From assembly GCA_951406725.2 (NCBI GenBank), contig OX597838.1, positions 6,882,001 through 6,946,000 on the forward strand: 64,000 bases of DNA, given 5' to 3'. The notes below the pieces were generated by a model that was not told the origin of the DNA, did not search any database, and saw only the letters and a program-made list of their open reading frames with translations. Source of the stretch: Octopus vulgaris (lineage: Eukaryota). Position numbers and translations under genes: made by a program. The stretch's first letter is position 1; each line of letters opens with the position of its first letter. Positions 42,162 through 57,460 of this stretch are shown here, piece after piece.

Positions 42162-42797
42162 ACATATACACATGTTGTAGGACTATTATCTCTGCACACC
42201 TGTGCATGCTTGATTTATTCCTGCAGCGAAAATGCCAGCGTTGAGGAAATTCTTTCAAATGCTTCTCCTGCCCTTCAAATTGCAAGACACGGCATGTCAT
42301 TCTATCGAAATCTGTTTAATTGCATTCTATATATTCAATTCCGAAATACAAAAATCCCCTTCAGAGAGAGAGAGGGGGGAAAGGAGAGATGGAGAGAGAG
42401 AGAGAGAGAGAGAGTGAGAAATTTAGCAGGAAGAATATAAACCCGAAGCTCAGTAGTGCATTATATTCCAGTTCTCTCTGAGAATGTTTTAACTCTAGAC
42501 AGGGAGTCTGTAGGAAAGAAACTAAAATGTGGGATCCTTTTCATTGCCTTCGGATTCACGTCTTGTGAATCTGCGAGAGATTCTTTCATAGGCAAGAATT
42601 ATTTATTCGCGCTTTGGCGGCGATGGACTGGAACTGGGAGGGGCGGCAGCACAGAAACTATCACACACACACACAAACATACAGACACACACAGGGAAGC
42701 ACATATGAGGATGTACACATACAGAAATTATAACAGGTATAAATATGTACACATATGAAGAGATAGGTAAATAAAATAATAGGTAGATACGTACTAA

Positions 42798-42837
<40 letters not shown>

Positions 42838-42878
42838 TATATACAGATACGTATATAGATATATACATAAATATATAG

Positions 42879-42912
<34 letters not shown>

Positions 42913-43039
42913 GCATAAGAACATACATGCATACATACATATAGAATAGATAGATAAGTTGGTAGTTAGGTAGGTGGATAGTTAGGTGGGTAAGTAGGTA
43001 GATAAGTAGGTAGCTAGGTAGGTAAGTAGATAGACAGAC

Positions 43040-43140
<101 letters not shown>

Positions 43141-43436
43141 CACAGACCAATACAGAGAAACACACCATTTACGATTGTAACGTGCTGAAGAGCAGGATAG
43201 ATGGAAATACAGGCGAAATACGTTCAGTAAACAGCACAAACTAATGATCCGTAAATAACACCCAGCTCTTTTAGAAAGAAAACAATTCTTGGAATCCAGA
43301 ATTTTCTGCAAGTGAAAGTTCTTTTATTCTTAGAGTTCCTGCTCTATTTTTGCTTTGTTGGTTTCATGTAACTTTATTTATTCTTTTAATTATTCGTTTA
43401 TTTATTGTCCTCTTTCAGAGAAGACATTTAAAAGGA

Positions 43437-43441
43437 ATATA

Positions 43442-43477
<36 letters not shown>

Positions 43478-43725
43478 TGTATGTATGTATGTATGTATGT
43501 ATGTATGTATGTATGTATGTATGTATATGTATGTATGTATATGTATGTATGTATGTATGTATGTATATGTATGTATGTATGTATATATATATATATGTAT
43601 GTATATATGTATGTATATGTATGTATATATATATATGTATGTATGTATATATATGTATGTATGTATGCATATATATATATGTATGCATATATATATATGT
43701 ATGTATATATATATATGAATGTATG

Positions 43726-43761
<36 letters not shown>

Positions 43762-43845
43762 GGTATATATGTATGTATGTATGTAGGTAGGTATATATGT
43801 ATGTATGTATGTATGTATTTATGTATGTATATACATGTATATATT
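43437..43845. repeat. (TATG)n/(TA)n satellite; (GATA)n at 43040-43140
   Basis: Direct reading of the sequence. Confidence 0.95.
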
Positions 43846-44220
43846 TATTTATTTCACTGTTTATTTAATTTTATTGGAATTTCCCTCTATTTCTTTAGAT
43901 TTTTCTTATCTGCATTTTTTATCATTTTTGGTTTACATTTTATATATTCGTATATATACATTATTGACTTGGATTTCAAAACTAATTCACTCTAGTTTTA
44001 TCAGCTATAGAGTTCCATTCTGTCTATAGATGTATATATGTATGTGTGTGTGTATTTGTGTGTGTGTGTGTGAGTGTGTGTAACAGAAATCTGGTAAAAC
44101 AAGTTAATAGATATATAGTTTGTGCGCATGTACATTTGCACGTCAGTCGCTAAGTGAAGGAGGGAGAAAGAGAGAGTTAGTGGAAGACAGAGACAGAAGT
44201 AGGGTGGCAGAGAGAGGAGG

Positions 44221-44266
<46 letters not shown>

Positions 44267-44526
44267 AGTTGTATTCATGGTTATAAAGGATTGGCGTGTG
44301 TCCGTGTTTCACTTCCTGTTGAATATCTCTGGTTCCCTTTCAACCGTGTTTACTCAGCCAAGAATCAGACCTATCAATTGCATTACTCGAAACAACGGAC
44401 ATAAATGCATATATACATATATATATATATATGTACACACACAGATATACATATATACATGTATATATATACATATATACATGCATATATATATACACAT
44501 ATATAGATATGTATATATATATATAA

Positions 44527-44566
<40 letters not shown>

Positions 44567-45053
44567 AATGTATATATTTATATATATATATATATATATA
44601 TACATACATATATATATATATATATACATACATGTATATATATATATATTTATATATATACATACATGTATATATATAAATGTATATATATAATTTGTAT
44701 ATATATTTATATATATACATACATGTATATATATAAATGTATATATATAATTTGTATATATATTTATATATATACATACATGTATGTATATATATAAATG
44801 TATATATATATGTATATATATATACATACATATATGTACATATAGAGAGATAGAGAGCATAGCCACACAGTCACACGCAAATACACACACACACACATTC
44901 GGAAATAGATACACATGGAGAATAGCTTGAAGATTGACAAAGGCGTGTAGTCGATCCATTGCAGAAGAGAGGTAAAATCTTTTATCTGATAAATATGAAA
45001 CCTTTGTGTACGTACATAAACGCATACATAAATGCCTATTGCACACACACACG

Positions 45054-45136
<83 letters not shown>

Positions 45137-45149
45137 TGTGTTAGTGTAT

Positions 45150-45283
45150 AATTATTGCGAATTTTTCAGCAAATTTTATTCATGAAAACAATAACTACGT
45201 GTAACAAAAACATCATTATTCCGGAGCATACTCACCATCCACTTCAATTACTGCTTCCCATTTGCTTGGCAGACGGTCAGACC
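45150..45283 (-). mobile_element. mariner transposase extreme C-terminus plus 3' terminus
   Basis: Minus strand reads DRLPSKWEAVIEVDGEYAPE*, matching mariner L..RW..V....G.Y. Confidence 0.7.
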
Positions 45284-45375
45284 GTCATTTAAAGATGTTT
45301 TTGTGAGATATTGTCATTGTTTTTGTTGAATAAAATTTGCTGAAAATGTCCGCAATAATTATGTACCTACACAAT

Positions 45376-45422
<47 letters not shown>

Positions 45423-45824
45423 GGGAGCGAGAGAGAGACAGAGAGACAGAGACAGATATATGGATAGATAAATAGATAGATAGATACATAGATAGGCAAG
45501 TATGCAGGTAGATAGATAAGTAAGAAGGTAGGTAGGTAGGTAGGTTGGTAGGTGGGTAAGTAAATAGGTAATTAAATAGGTATGTACATAGTCATCACCT
45601 ATTAGGGTTATCTCTTCATCTATATTATAGAATTTTGCAGCCACTAATGATTTTTACGTCGTTTCGTATGCGAGATAACTGATGCAAACAAACAATGAAA
45701 TCGAAGATAAAATGAAAGATAAGGGGTGCATAATCCATCTTCCGGGATCTTTTGCGCTTTCATCAGCGCCCGTCTAACTCCTTAGTCATCCACGTACATA
45801 TTACTTAAATATATAAAAAAAAAC

Positions 45825-45882
45825 CTCGTGAGTGGGTTCGGTTGACGGAAACTGAAAGAAGACTGTCGTACATGTATGTATG

Positions 45883-45935
<53 letters not shown>

Positions 45936-46202
45936 GTATATGTATATGTGTGTGTATGTATGGATATGTATGTATGACTGTATATGTATATATTTGTGTG
46001 TGTCTGTCTGTGTTTGTCGCTCCACCATCGCTTGACAAAAGATGCTAGTGTGTTTGTGTTCCCGTCACTTAGCAATTCATCAAATCCGCCCGATAGAATA
46101 AGTACTAGGCTTACGAAGAATATGTTTTGGGGTCGATTTGTTCCTCGAAAGGCGATACTCTAGCATGGCCGCAGCCAAATACCTGACACAAGGAAAAGAG
46201 AG
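45825..46202 (+). mobile_element. SINE family A, 5'-truncated
   Basis: gacggaaactgaaagaagactgtcgta ... cgatagaataagtactaggcttac ... gcatggccgcag. Confidence 0.85.
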
Positions 46203-46207
46203 AAAAA

Positions 46208-46254
<47 letters not shown>

Positions 46255-46654
46255 TGCACACACATATATATATATATATACACATATATTTATGCATATA
46301 TATGTGTGTGTGTGTGTGTTTCTGTCTCTGTTTTTCTCTGTTTATATACTTATAGACATACCTGTAAGGGCTGCCCACTTAGCAAACGAGTATGCCCCTC
46401 GCTGGCTAGTTATCTAGTTTATGAACTCATGTGTGTAGGTGACTGGTGAGGCCTGCTCTATTAACGCAAACTTGTTCGCCTTCATCTTACTCCAAACGTA
46501 ATCCTATTCGACCATCAAGTTCTCCTTTACTTATTCCTCCTTGTTTCACATTAATCAATTCTGATAAAATTTCGGAAACTTTTTGACGCCATTTTTTACA
46601 TATATATTCATACATACTCAGACACGCATGTCTGTATATTTGTGCAATATATGC

Positions 46655-46686
<32 letters not shown>

Positions 46687-47402
46687 GCAGGTGTAGTTAT
46701 ATGCATGTGTTCTTTTCGATTAGTACTACGCAAACGAACTGGGAAAAGGTAGAAATTAAAATGTAATATTTATATTGTATTTGTTATAAAAATTCACTTC
46801 CAGATAAATGTCTACGTAATAGCTCCGCACCATGGAATAGCGATGTATTGAAAGACTGTAAAGAGATGAATCAATTATGAAAACATGGAGGTAGATTTCA
46901 AATTATATACTCTATTATAGAGACAACGATATCTAGTCTGAACTCCAAGACATGTTTCTATAATTCATGAATTAGTAATATGGTTGTTTCTTGGAATTTA
47001 GATGGAGAAGTCTTTAAACAATTGTGCTTGGCTCGACAGGTGTTAAATTGTAAAGCGGTTTTATATATTCCGGCGCGCACACATACCCACACACACACAC
47101 ACACACACACTTACTAACATGCACACACAGACACAAATACACAAACACACATACATTACGGTCACACATATACATGTATGTAGACACCATATAAAAGCGC
47201 GAATATATGTGTGCACGTGGACGTGTGTGTGTGTGTGTGCGTGTGTGTGTGTGTGTATGTATGTGTGCGTGTGTGTGTGTGTGTGTGTACGTTCATTTCC
47301 GAATGTGGTTTGCGAGTTATTGTATTCCCCTGTTCTTCGTGTTATTGTTAGTTCTGTCTCATTACGAGCTACAAAAGACAGATGAAACATATACATACAC
47401 GA

Positions 47403-47462
<60 letters not shown>

Positions 47463-48107
47463 GTATATGCATCTCTCTTTCTATCTATCTCTCTCTCTCT
47501 CTCTCTCTCTCTTTACATATATATCTACATTACATAGATCCATCTACTTGTAGATATAGTTTGTAAGTATATTCATATATTTATTGGTATTTCGAGATAC
47601 ATACACACACACGCAGACCCGCGCACACTCACGCACACACACACACACACACATGTATATCAGTATATATGTCTGTATATTTGTATGCATGGATGTATGT
47701 ATAAATGTATATGGAAAGAAACACACGATCAGATAACTTTGTATATTCCATATGAGTGAACACATGTATGTGTATGTATGTATATATGTATGCACGTATG
47801 TACTTATGTATATATGTATGTATATATATGTATGTATGTATACATGTATGTATGTATGTATGTATATATATGTATGTATGTATGTGTACAGTACACTTTC
47901 GCACCTATATATCTGTATCTTTTATTGGACATTATTCATTCAATTCAGACATGACGGGTATTATATAGGTGTTTGAAACTGACTTCCGGTTATGACTAAA
48001 CTTATACGTGAAAGGAAATATGACCGCCATTGTTACACCACTGTTTCCTCTACTCCCGATAACACCGCCATATTTAATGTTGCCGCTGTTGTTGCTTTTG
48101 TTGTTGC

Positions 48108-48138
<31 letters not shown>

Positions 48139-48354
48139 GCTTCTGGTCGTTTTTGTTAGACTTGATGATGTTGCCTTTATATAATGAAAACTTTTACTAA
48201 GAGTCGATTCTCTCCGTTCCTCAATTGTATCTATCGCATACACACAAGCGTAATGTTATATTTCGTTAACTGAGCGCTAAATTTTCAACTTTCAATTAAC
48301 TTATTGTTAATATAGTGCTGAAGGGAAATACGGTTTATTAATATTATTAATACT

Positions 48355-48372
48355 ATTGCTGCTGCTACTGTT

Positions 48373-48406
<34 letters not shown>

Positions 48407-48407
48407 C

Positions 48408-48438
<31 letters not shown>

Positions 48439-49091
48439 GGTAGTAGTAGTAGTAGTAGTAACAGCAGCAGCTGCAGTAGTAGTAGTAGTAGTAGTAGTAG
48501 TAGCAGCAGCAGCAGCAGGAGTAGTAGTAGTAGTACAAGTAGCAGCATCACCCTCACCAACATCATCATGTTCACATCATCAACATCATCATCATCATCA
48601 TCGTCATCATCATCATCATCGTCATCATCGTCATCGTCATCATCATCATCGTCCTCATCATCATCATCGTCATCATCGTCATCGTCATCATCATCATATT
48701 GCATCTGATTTAATTGCTGCATTGGCAAAATCGATAGAGTACTGGTCGAGATGTAATTTCTATGTTGCTATTTACGTTTTAGCTGTGTTCGTCGGTTTGT
48801 GAGATCGAATCTTGCCAGTTTCACCTTTTTGCTCTTTATCTCGCTAAACTGACAAAATCATTTCGAATCTTAGTAACAGCTTCAAATTTTATGGGCAGAC
48901 ATCCACCGTCTATCATCTTTACTTGTTTATGTCTTTCTTTTTTGTTTTGTTTGATGTTGCTATATTTTTTTTAAGTCACTGGACATTGGCCATGCTGGGG
49001 CATTTCCATAAATGATTTCGCTTAAAGAATTCAACCACAATATTAATTTTCTCTTGATCTCTTTTGATGAACATTGTACTGCTGCTGCTGT

Positions 49092-49153
<62 letters not shown>

Positions 49154-49360
49154 GTATTACTACTACTACTACTACTACTACTACGAATAATAATAATAAT
49201 AATAATAATAATGTTGATGATGATGATGATGACGGTGTGATAGGGATGATGGTGGTGATAGTGGTGAGATGGTGATGACTACGATGATGATGCCAATCAT
49301 GTAAATGATGATGATGGTAATGACGACGACGACGACGACGACGATGATAATTATGATGAT
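48355..49360. repeat. two compound trinucleotide blocks (CAT/TAT/AGT/CAG at 48355-48697; ACT/AAT/GAT/GAC at 49080-49360)
   Basis: Direct reading of the sequence. Confidence 0.95.
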
Positions 49361-49719
49361 GAATTTTGTAGTTAGAGCTACGTAAACCAACCAACACCAC
49401 TTGCCAGACACTTGAAGTGGTATACATCAGCCTTCCCAATAAATTACAAACACTTTTCTCCTTCGGAGTGTTGGATGAATATTTCGAGTGTGGGAAAATA
49501 TGACGTGTCCAAGGCCATAAGTTGTAGGTTTTATCCCACCGGAATAAACAACTTTGTCTATTATCCTTTCGACTTGTAACTTTAAAAATATGACCATGTA
49601 CTTAAAAATCAACAAATATTCCTCTTGTTCATGTTAAGTGTAAAGTTATAGTTGTCGTTTCATGTTTCTTGTAATTCAATAGACGGATTTTAGAATGGCA
49701 TTATTTAAATATCACTTAA

Positions 49720-50022
49720 TGGAGGGGCGTGGTTCAGTGGTTAGTTCGTTGCCTCCATGATTCTAAGTTTTCGGTTTCGATTCCCGCACCGACCATTGGT
49801 TGTGGTTTTAAATGAAAACCTTTCGTTTCATGTTAATCAAGACCACTCAGCTGACAGGTAAGCGCAATACTTCGACGGACCGACTTCCTATCCAGCGTGT
49901 GTATATGTGTCTATGTAGGTGTGTGTTTGTGTGCGTGCGCACGTGGGGTGGGGGATTCTATAAGTCACAGAATCCGAGAAACTGGCCTTATGAGCCTCTG
50001 ATTCGGCAAGGACCTTTTACGT
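49720..50022 (+). mobile_element. tRNA-derived SINE (family C/D), degenerate
   Basis: ggaggggcgtggttcagtggttag...ggtttcgattcc head; ccactcagctg; gaaactggccttatgagc...ggaccttttac tail. Confidence 0.6.
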
Positions 50023-50200
50023 AACGTGATGATATATATATCATTCCCTGCTTGGGTCAATAGACTGACCCTGCTGGTTTTCTTAAGCCTTGTATTGAAC
50101 GTCTAAGTTTCAGGAACATAGATACTTCAAGAATGTCTGTGTAGTGGTGTTGGTGGCGGTGGGGTGTAATGACAAGTACAATGACACACGCATGGATATG

Positions 50201-50257
<57 letters not shown>

Positions 50258-50291
50258 AGAGAGAGAGAGAGAGAGAGATGGAGAGATAGAG

Positions 50292-50364
<73 letters not shown>

Positions 50365-50835
50365 TGCGAGTGTAAGTCAAAAAGAAATGCCATTTGTTTA
50401 GGACAGGTATAATTACCCACAGAGGAAGATGTATCATACATCAAAATGAAGCTGGCTCTCTGTGGATCACATCTCTACTTCTTATCCTTGTCACCGTTTC
50501 CCTCAATAGCAATGTTCCACTTTCGAATGTGAGCATGTATCTCTGCTCCATAAAATTCTGTTGACTGTTCTTTGAGCCGATTCTTCACTACAGTTTTCAC
50601 TTCCACATCACTGGAATCATTTAGCACCTTCAAACAACAGTCAACAGAATTTTATGGGTCAGGGATACATGCTCTCATTCGAAGGTGGAACATTGCCGTT
50701 GAGAGAAACGGTGATTATGTCGAGAAGTAGGGATATGATCCACAGAAGACGAGCTACATTTTGATGTATTACACATGTCCCTGCGTTGGTAGTTATACCT
50801 GTCCTAAACAAAATGGCGGTTCTTTTTGACTCACC

Positions 50836-50839
<4 letters not shown>
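50365..50839. mobile_element. fold-back mariner derivative built from two transposase 3' ends
   Basis: ~205-bp diverged inverted arms. The right arm encodes QQSTEFYGSGIHALIRRWNIAVERNGDYVEK*. Termini are ta|tgcgagtgtaagtcaaaaag and ctttttgactcaccctca|ta. Confidence 0.8.
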
Positions 50840-50890
<51 letters not shown>

Positions 50891-50892
<2 letters not shown>

Positions 50893-51142
50893 GGTTTAAG
50901 TAATTGAGATTCAAGTGAATTCTAATGAATTCACATGAATATGGTCCTTAACTAGGATGCACCGGAAATCTATATGGTGTTAACCATACGACAAGTGGGG
51001 TGATTAGAAATAGGAAAAAAGCAACAAGAATGGATTAAAATATCGGTACAATTGTTTTTTGTAGCATTTTTTGTAGCTTATTAAAGATGTCCTCGTACGA
51101 AACAATTGTACCGAAATTTTTATCTATTCTTGTTGCTTCTTT

Positions 51143-51146
<4 letters not shown>
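50891..51146. mobile_element. asymmetric fold-back insert in (TA)n with residual hammerhead 3' half
   Basis: Arms at 51011-51057 and 51100-51146, tail at 50891-51010, and cGAAA-caattg-TA at 51098-51110. Confidence 0.6.
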
Positions 51147-51199
<53 letters not shown>

Positions 51200-52033
51200 T
51201 GAAATATTATATATCCCGTCTTCAGCTTAGCAAATATTTGTAAGGATCTGAAGTTTTATGATTCGAGTTATTTGCTTACTACGTCACCGATATGGACAGA
51301 ATTCAGAAAGTGGTAATTACGCACTTCGTCAACGGAACCGCGTGTCTGATTAAACACGGTAGTGTTAATACTTGTAGCTTTATTGTCTTTTAAACAGTTT
51401 AATTAGCTTTAAACATAGCAAGGTTTATAATAGTTTATTACAAGTACTTTTATTAGTTCCTTTTTAATGAAATTTCAGCGTAATTTAATGTTATTAATGA
51501 GTATGTAGTGTTATATTATTAACATTTGAAAGATGAAATGTTGTGTTTCACTCATAAAAATATTAGTTAAATTAATTTCAATAGTGTTATGTTTTGGAAA
51601 AGGCACTCGCCTAGACACACACACATATACACGTATATAAAATAGAGCACTGCCCCATTGGCATCTGCTGGTACGAGCTTTCTGAAATGAAAAAGTGCCG
51701 CAGCGTTCTGTGTGGTAGCCTGCGAGATCCCCAGACTCAGCGTATGTGATTTTGTCTCGTGGGGATATGTAAAAGTTTTTGTAAGATTTGAACTTTCAAT
51801 ATAGTAGTATCTATGGAAGATCGGTGGGATTATTATTTATATGGACTTAAAGATGGATCGCAAATTAGCATATATATATATATACATACGATGGGCTTCT
51901 TTCAGTTTCCGTCTCCCACTTCTACTCACAAATCCTTGGTTGACCCGTGTCTATAGTAGAAGGCACTTGGCAGGGAAGCAGGCTTCTTACCACACAGCAA
52001 CGCCTGAACCTATATATATACCAATTAAGGACT

Positions 52034-52320
52034 GAACACGAAAAGTGGACAGTCAACATGCTAGATATGGACGTCAAATCGCCATTCTCCACAAAAGATT
52101 ATGTTCTCAATTTGTTTTGATTTGAGAACATAATCTTTTGTGGAGAATGGCGATTTGACGTCTATATCTAGCATGTTGACTGTCCACTTTTCGTGTTCCA
52201 ATTTATATATTGGAATATATAAATATTTTAATCTTCGGATTCTTGTTTAATATGTTAGACCACTGGTTTTAATTGGTAAATATCAATTTCTAACCTTAAT
52301 TAATTTTATATATATATATA
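52034..52320. mobile_element. asymmetric fold-back insert (77-bp arms, one mismatch, 11-nt loop) plus tail into (TA)n
   Basis: 52034-52110 is the reverse complement of 52122-52198. Confidence 0.7.
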
Positions 52321-52697
52321 TGTATAGAAATTCGGGGTGAGTACTTGATAATTATAAGCACCTGTGTATACCGTTTGGTGGTGTAGGTGGTGGAGTAAAT
52401 TGATCAAAATAAAATAAAAACATGATGCGAAGGATTCAGCGGTACATATGTTTCGGGCCTTTATTAGACAGATTTATAACAATGCATAATGTATGTCTGT
52501 GGCCTTCTTCAGCCGCGCATAACAGCTTCCACAAGGACATGTGTTACATCAAAAATTCTTGGTTGGGGATGCAAATCCTCTCATTCGCGTACGACATAAT
52601 GCGGCAGCAGCATAGAATTGAAGCGTCCATCTCTTTCTTCTCTCAATGTAGAATCATATATATATGTATATATATATATATATATATATGTGTGTGA

Positions 52698-52752
<55 letters not shown>

Positions 52753-52959
52753 AAGTGAGAAAGATGTTGGGACTTTCAGGTTTCGTCTACCGAAAACTCT
52801 GACAAGAATGGTTGTCCAATGGGCAATGCGTTGTGAGGGAAATTGAAACGCCGGATTCAGGAGAAATTAATTACTACTGAATTACTCTAGCCTCCCCTCC
52901 AACACACACAGAGGCACACAAGGGCACTCGCCTAGACACACACACATATACACGTATAT

Positions 52960-53388
52960 AAGATAGAGCACCGCCCCATTGGCACCTGCTGGTACGAGCT
53001 TTCTGAAATGAAAAAGTGCCGCAGCGTTCTGTGTGGTAGCCTGCGAGATCCCCAGACTCAGCGTATGTGATTTTGTCTCGTGGGGAATATGTAAAAGTTT
53101 GCGTTTATGTTCCACAGCTACACACTTACCTCGATGACCTCAAACACCGAATAACAACAGCGAAGAACACGGTGGATCGTGAGATGCTGATACGCGTCTA
53201 GGAGGAATTCTTCACTTCTCGCATTTCTGTTGCCTGTGTTGCAGGTGGTGGCCACATTGAACACTTGTGAGGCAGGAAATAAAAGTTGATCATGAGTAAA
53301 TACTTGTGACTCAGCTGGAGGTTTCTCTTGCAATTCTTTATTAAAATATTCCGTAATGAAATCGGTTCCTTCTTTTGAATAACCCTGT
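52960..53388 (+). pseudogene. Tc1/mariner-superfamily transposase 3' half and right terminus
   Basis: Frameshifted translation DRAPPHWHLLVRAF*NEKVPQR...W*PARSPD...CDFVSWG.YVKVCVYV...LDDLKHRITTAKNTVDREMLIRV*EEF...AGGGHIEHL*. Ends aataaccctg|ta. A partial duplicate lies at 51602-51779. Confidence 0.8.
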
Positions 53389-53413
53389 ATACACACACAC
53401 AGTCACACAAACA

Positions 53414-53486
<73 letters not shown>

Positions 53487-53627
53487 ACAATGCCTGCATA
53501 AAGTTTTTTTTCAAATATATACATATAGGTATGTATATGTGTATATAAATATATGTGTGTATGTTTGTAGATATATTTCGGATGTAAAGTCGTCTGAGTA
53601 TATATGTATGCTGACAGACGTATGTTC

Positions 53628-53663
<36 letters not shown>

Positions 53664-53731
53664 CATACATTCATAGATATACACATACATACATACATAC
53701 ATACATACATACATACATACATTCATAATAC

Positions 53732-53819
<88 letters not shown>

Positions 53820-53974
53820 CCTGATTATATACATCAAAATATTCCCAAGGCGTTCATTATTCTGAGAATTGTTTCTGCTTTTAGTCCCCACACTTCGGTT
53901 ATCCTTATCTCGAGTTAACTTTACATTTAAATGTCTTTTCTTCATTTATTATTAATTCTTTCGTTACTGATATC

Positions 53975-53998
53975 GTCATTATTATTATTATCATTATG

Positions 53999-54040
<42 letters not shown>

Positions 54041-54126
54041 GTTGTTGTTATTACTATCATTATTATTATTATTGTTGTTATTATTATTATTATTGTTGTT
54101 ATTATTATTATTGTTATTGTTATTAT

Positions 54127-54183
<57 letters not shown>

Positions 54184-54495
54184 CACTATTACAATTATTA
54201 CTGTCGTTGCTACGACAGCAGCTGCTGCTGTTTTTGCTTTGGCTATTCTCCCCGGTATTGTCAACATCAGCATATTTATATGTCTACGAATTCTTTCACT
54301 ATTTATTGCTGAAGACTTATTTTAAAGCCGAAACTTTCGATGTTGAGAATATATAGAAATTAACATTATTTCTTCCGATTCTACGTTTTCTGAATATCAG
54401 AGGTCGCTAAAAGACATTCATAGACCTCTTTAGAATTCAACGAATAAGCTCAAGTAAAAGTGTTTAAAACATCATCATCATCATTATTATTATCA

Positions 54496-54550
<55 letters not shown>

Positions 54551-54552
54551 CA

Positions 54553-54623
<71 letters not shown>

Positions 54624-54846
54624 CTGTCTTATGTATATAGTGTGCTTTCACTGTACTACCGAGCGCAGCTATGTGTGCCTTGGGCATGTGCTGTGATGCT
54701 CTTCTGGTTACTGTATTAAAAGTGATTTATGTAGAATGTGTGCAGTGCCTTATAGTGATATTTTCTGTATATTATTTACACTTGTTTGTCCTGGTGTTTT
54801 TGTTATGTATTATTATTATTATTATTATTACTATTATTATTATTAC

Positions 54847-54945
<99 letters not shown>

Positions 54946-55036
54946 TAATATTATTATTATTACTATAATAATTATTATTATTATCATTATTATTATTATT
55001 ATTATTATCATTATTATTGCTGTTGTTCTCATCATC

Positions 55037-55073
<37 letters not shown>

Positions 55074-55075
55074 CC
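53975..55075. repeat. extensive (TTA)n/(ACT)n/(CAT)n field
   Basis: Direct reading of the sequence. Confidence 0.95.
54621..54808 (-). mobile_element. Dong/R4-clade LINE 3' end embedded in (TAA)n
   Basis: Minus strand reads ITKTPGQTSVNNIQKISL*GTAHILHKSLLIQ* (IQK..LLGTA.IL motif), with (TTA)n on both sides. Confidence 0.75.
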
Positions 55076-55554
55076 AAGGCATTTATTGGCAAAATGGTTA
55101 GCCGCTAAGCATTCTGTCCTCCTTTTACGGTCTGAGTTCAAACTTGGTCATGGTCTGTTACTCTCCATATTTTCCGGTTCAATGCAATAAGTACCAATCA
55201 AACACAAGGTTCGATGTAATCGACTAGTCCCTCAGCCTAAAAATGTCAGACCCCTTGTTTATAATAGAAAGGCTTTTTTATTGTCTTAATGCGATGAGCT
55301 GGCAAAAGCGTTACTCGACAGACAAAAATTCTCAGTAGAATTGGTTCGTCTTTATTTTCTTAGGCGATTGCATATACACATGAAGGCACCTTCCACTCTT
55401 TTGAGATCGATGAAGTATATACCAGTTATATATTGGTCTCAATGCAATTGACTTATTCCCCATACTAATATTGCAGAAATGTTTGTGTAAATTTAAAACC
55501 ATGGTTATTCTTTCTTGCTGTCATTTTTTAATTTTTATTAGTTCTGATGCAAAA

Positions 55555-55760
55555 TACTCTTTACTCTCTTTTACTCTTTTACTTGTTTCAGTCATTTGAC
55601 TGCGGCCATGCTGGAGCACCGCCTTTAGTCGAGCAAATCGACCCCGGGACTTATTCTTTGTAAGCCCAGTACTTATTCTATCGGTCTCTTTTGCCGAATC
55701 GCTAAGTGACTGAGACGTAAACACACCAGCATCGGTTGTCAAGCTATGCAAGGGGGACAA

Positions 55761-55799
<39 letters not shown>

Positions 55800-55992
55800 A
55801 ATATGTATATATATATATATATATACATATATACGACAGGCCTCTTTCAGTTTCCGTCTACCAAATCCACTCACAAGGCATTGGTCGGCCCGAGGCTATA
55901 GCAGGAGACACTTTCCCAAGATGCCACGCAGTGGGACTGAACCCGGAACCATGTGGTTGGTTAGCAAGCTACTTACCACACAGCCACTCCTG
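55555..55992 (-). mobile_element. full-length SINE family A
   Basis: Reverse complement of 2093-2525 and 6036-6439, with repeated gtaaaaga tail. Confidence 0.9.
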
Positions 55993-55994
55993 TG

Positions 55995-56065
<71 letters not shown>

Positions 56066-56570
56066 GTTTATTTTACTTGATATTCTTGAAATTTATATTC
56101 GGCAAAAGTACATTTCCTTCTTATTTAAAGTCAAAAGAGATCCTTACCTAAGTTAAAAGGCGTGAGTAGTACAGCCACCGCTCTGTGTCGCCGTCTTAAA
56201 TCTTGTCTCTAAAATATATTTGGTATCGCGCCAGACAACGGCTAAATAGTTAGTGCATCAGATAAAATTAATTTCAGTTTTATTGAGGTTCATATCATAA
56301 AGTTGTGAGTTCAAATGTCAATGTTAGTCATGGATCAATAAATTAGTCACGAATACTACATATTTCTTCACAACATTCCAGGATTCAAGATTTTCCCTTA
56401 GAAATATATAAAACAATCGATAGAAAATGGTGTCCCTATACTTACTATCTTTAGCTCATAATGGCGCCAAAGAAAGATACACTTCAGTACATCAGACACG
56501 ATGAAATATACCTTTCGATTATTATTATTATTATTATTATTATTAATATTATTATTATCATTATTATTAC

Positions 56571-56637
<67 letters not shown>

Positions 56638-57098
56638 TTGTTTCGTTCCTAGTTTATAGCTTGCTCTGCTGTTTGGTACGATGACAATCACACCACTATT
56701 TCGGGAATTTTAGGAAATTCTGTTGAATTCTTTCATCATTGCATCTTTACCAAGATCAAGGAGGCAGTTCAGCTTTAATTTGTCATAGGACTTTTCCATC
56801 AATCAAATTTTCGTTCAAGACTAGCATTTATGAAGCGGGAGGAGGCTAGTCAGTTTCATTGACGTCAGTGCTAAATTGCTACATATTTTTTCAACACCGA
56901 CGTAATGAAGCACAAAAATCAAATTCGAGGCCATTTGAACCCAAAACGTAATGCCGGAAAAATTAACGTAAAACATTTCGTGTGCAGCCTTAAGGAATCA
57001 ACCAGTTATCAACCCTTTTTATGAGGATAACTTGTTTTCAATTGAAACAAAAACTCGTTATTTATGGGATAACTCAATATGAACGCATGCATGTATGA

Positions 57099-57136
<38 letters not shown>

Positions 57137-57254
57137 CTGTGCATGGATGCATATGTTTATATGTGTGTATGTATGTATGTATGTATGTGCATGTGTGTGT
57201 ATGTATGAATGGCTGTTATTTCTTAAGGTATGAAACATATAAAAGAATAAAAGA

Positions 57255-57289
<35 letters not shown>

Positions 57290-57381
57290 CATATATATGT
57301 ATATGTATATATGTATCTATCTGCGTATATGTATGTGTGTATATATATACACATATATTTACGTATATATATATGTATGTG

Positions 57382-57460
<79 letters not shown>

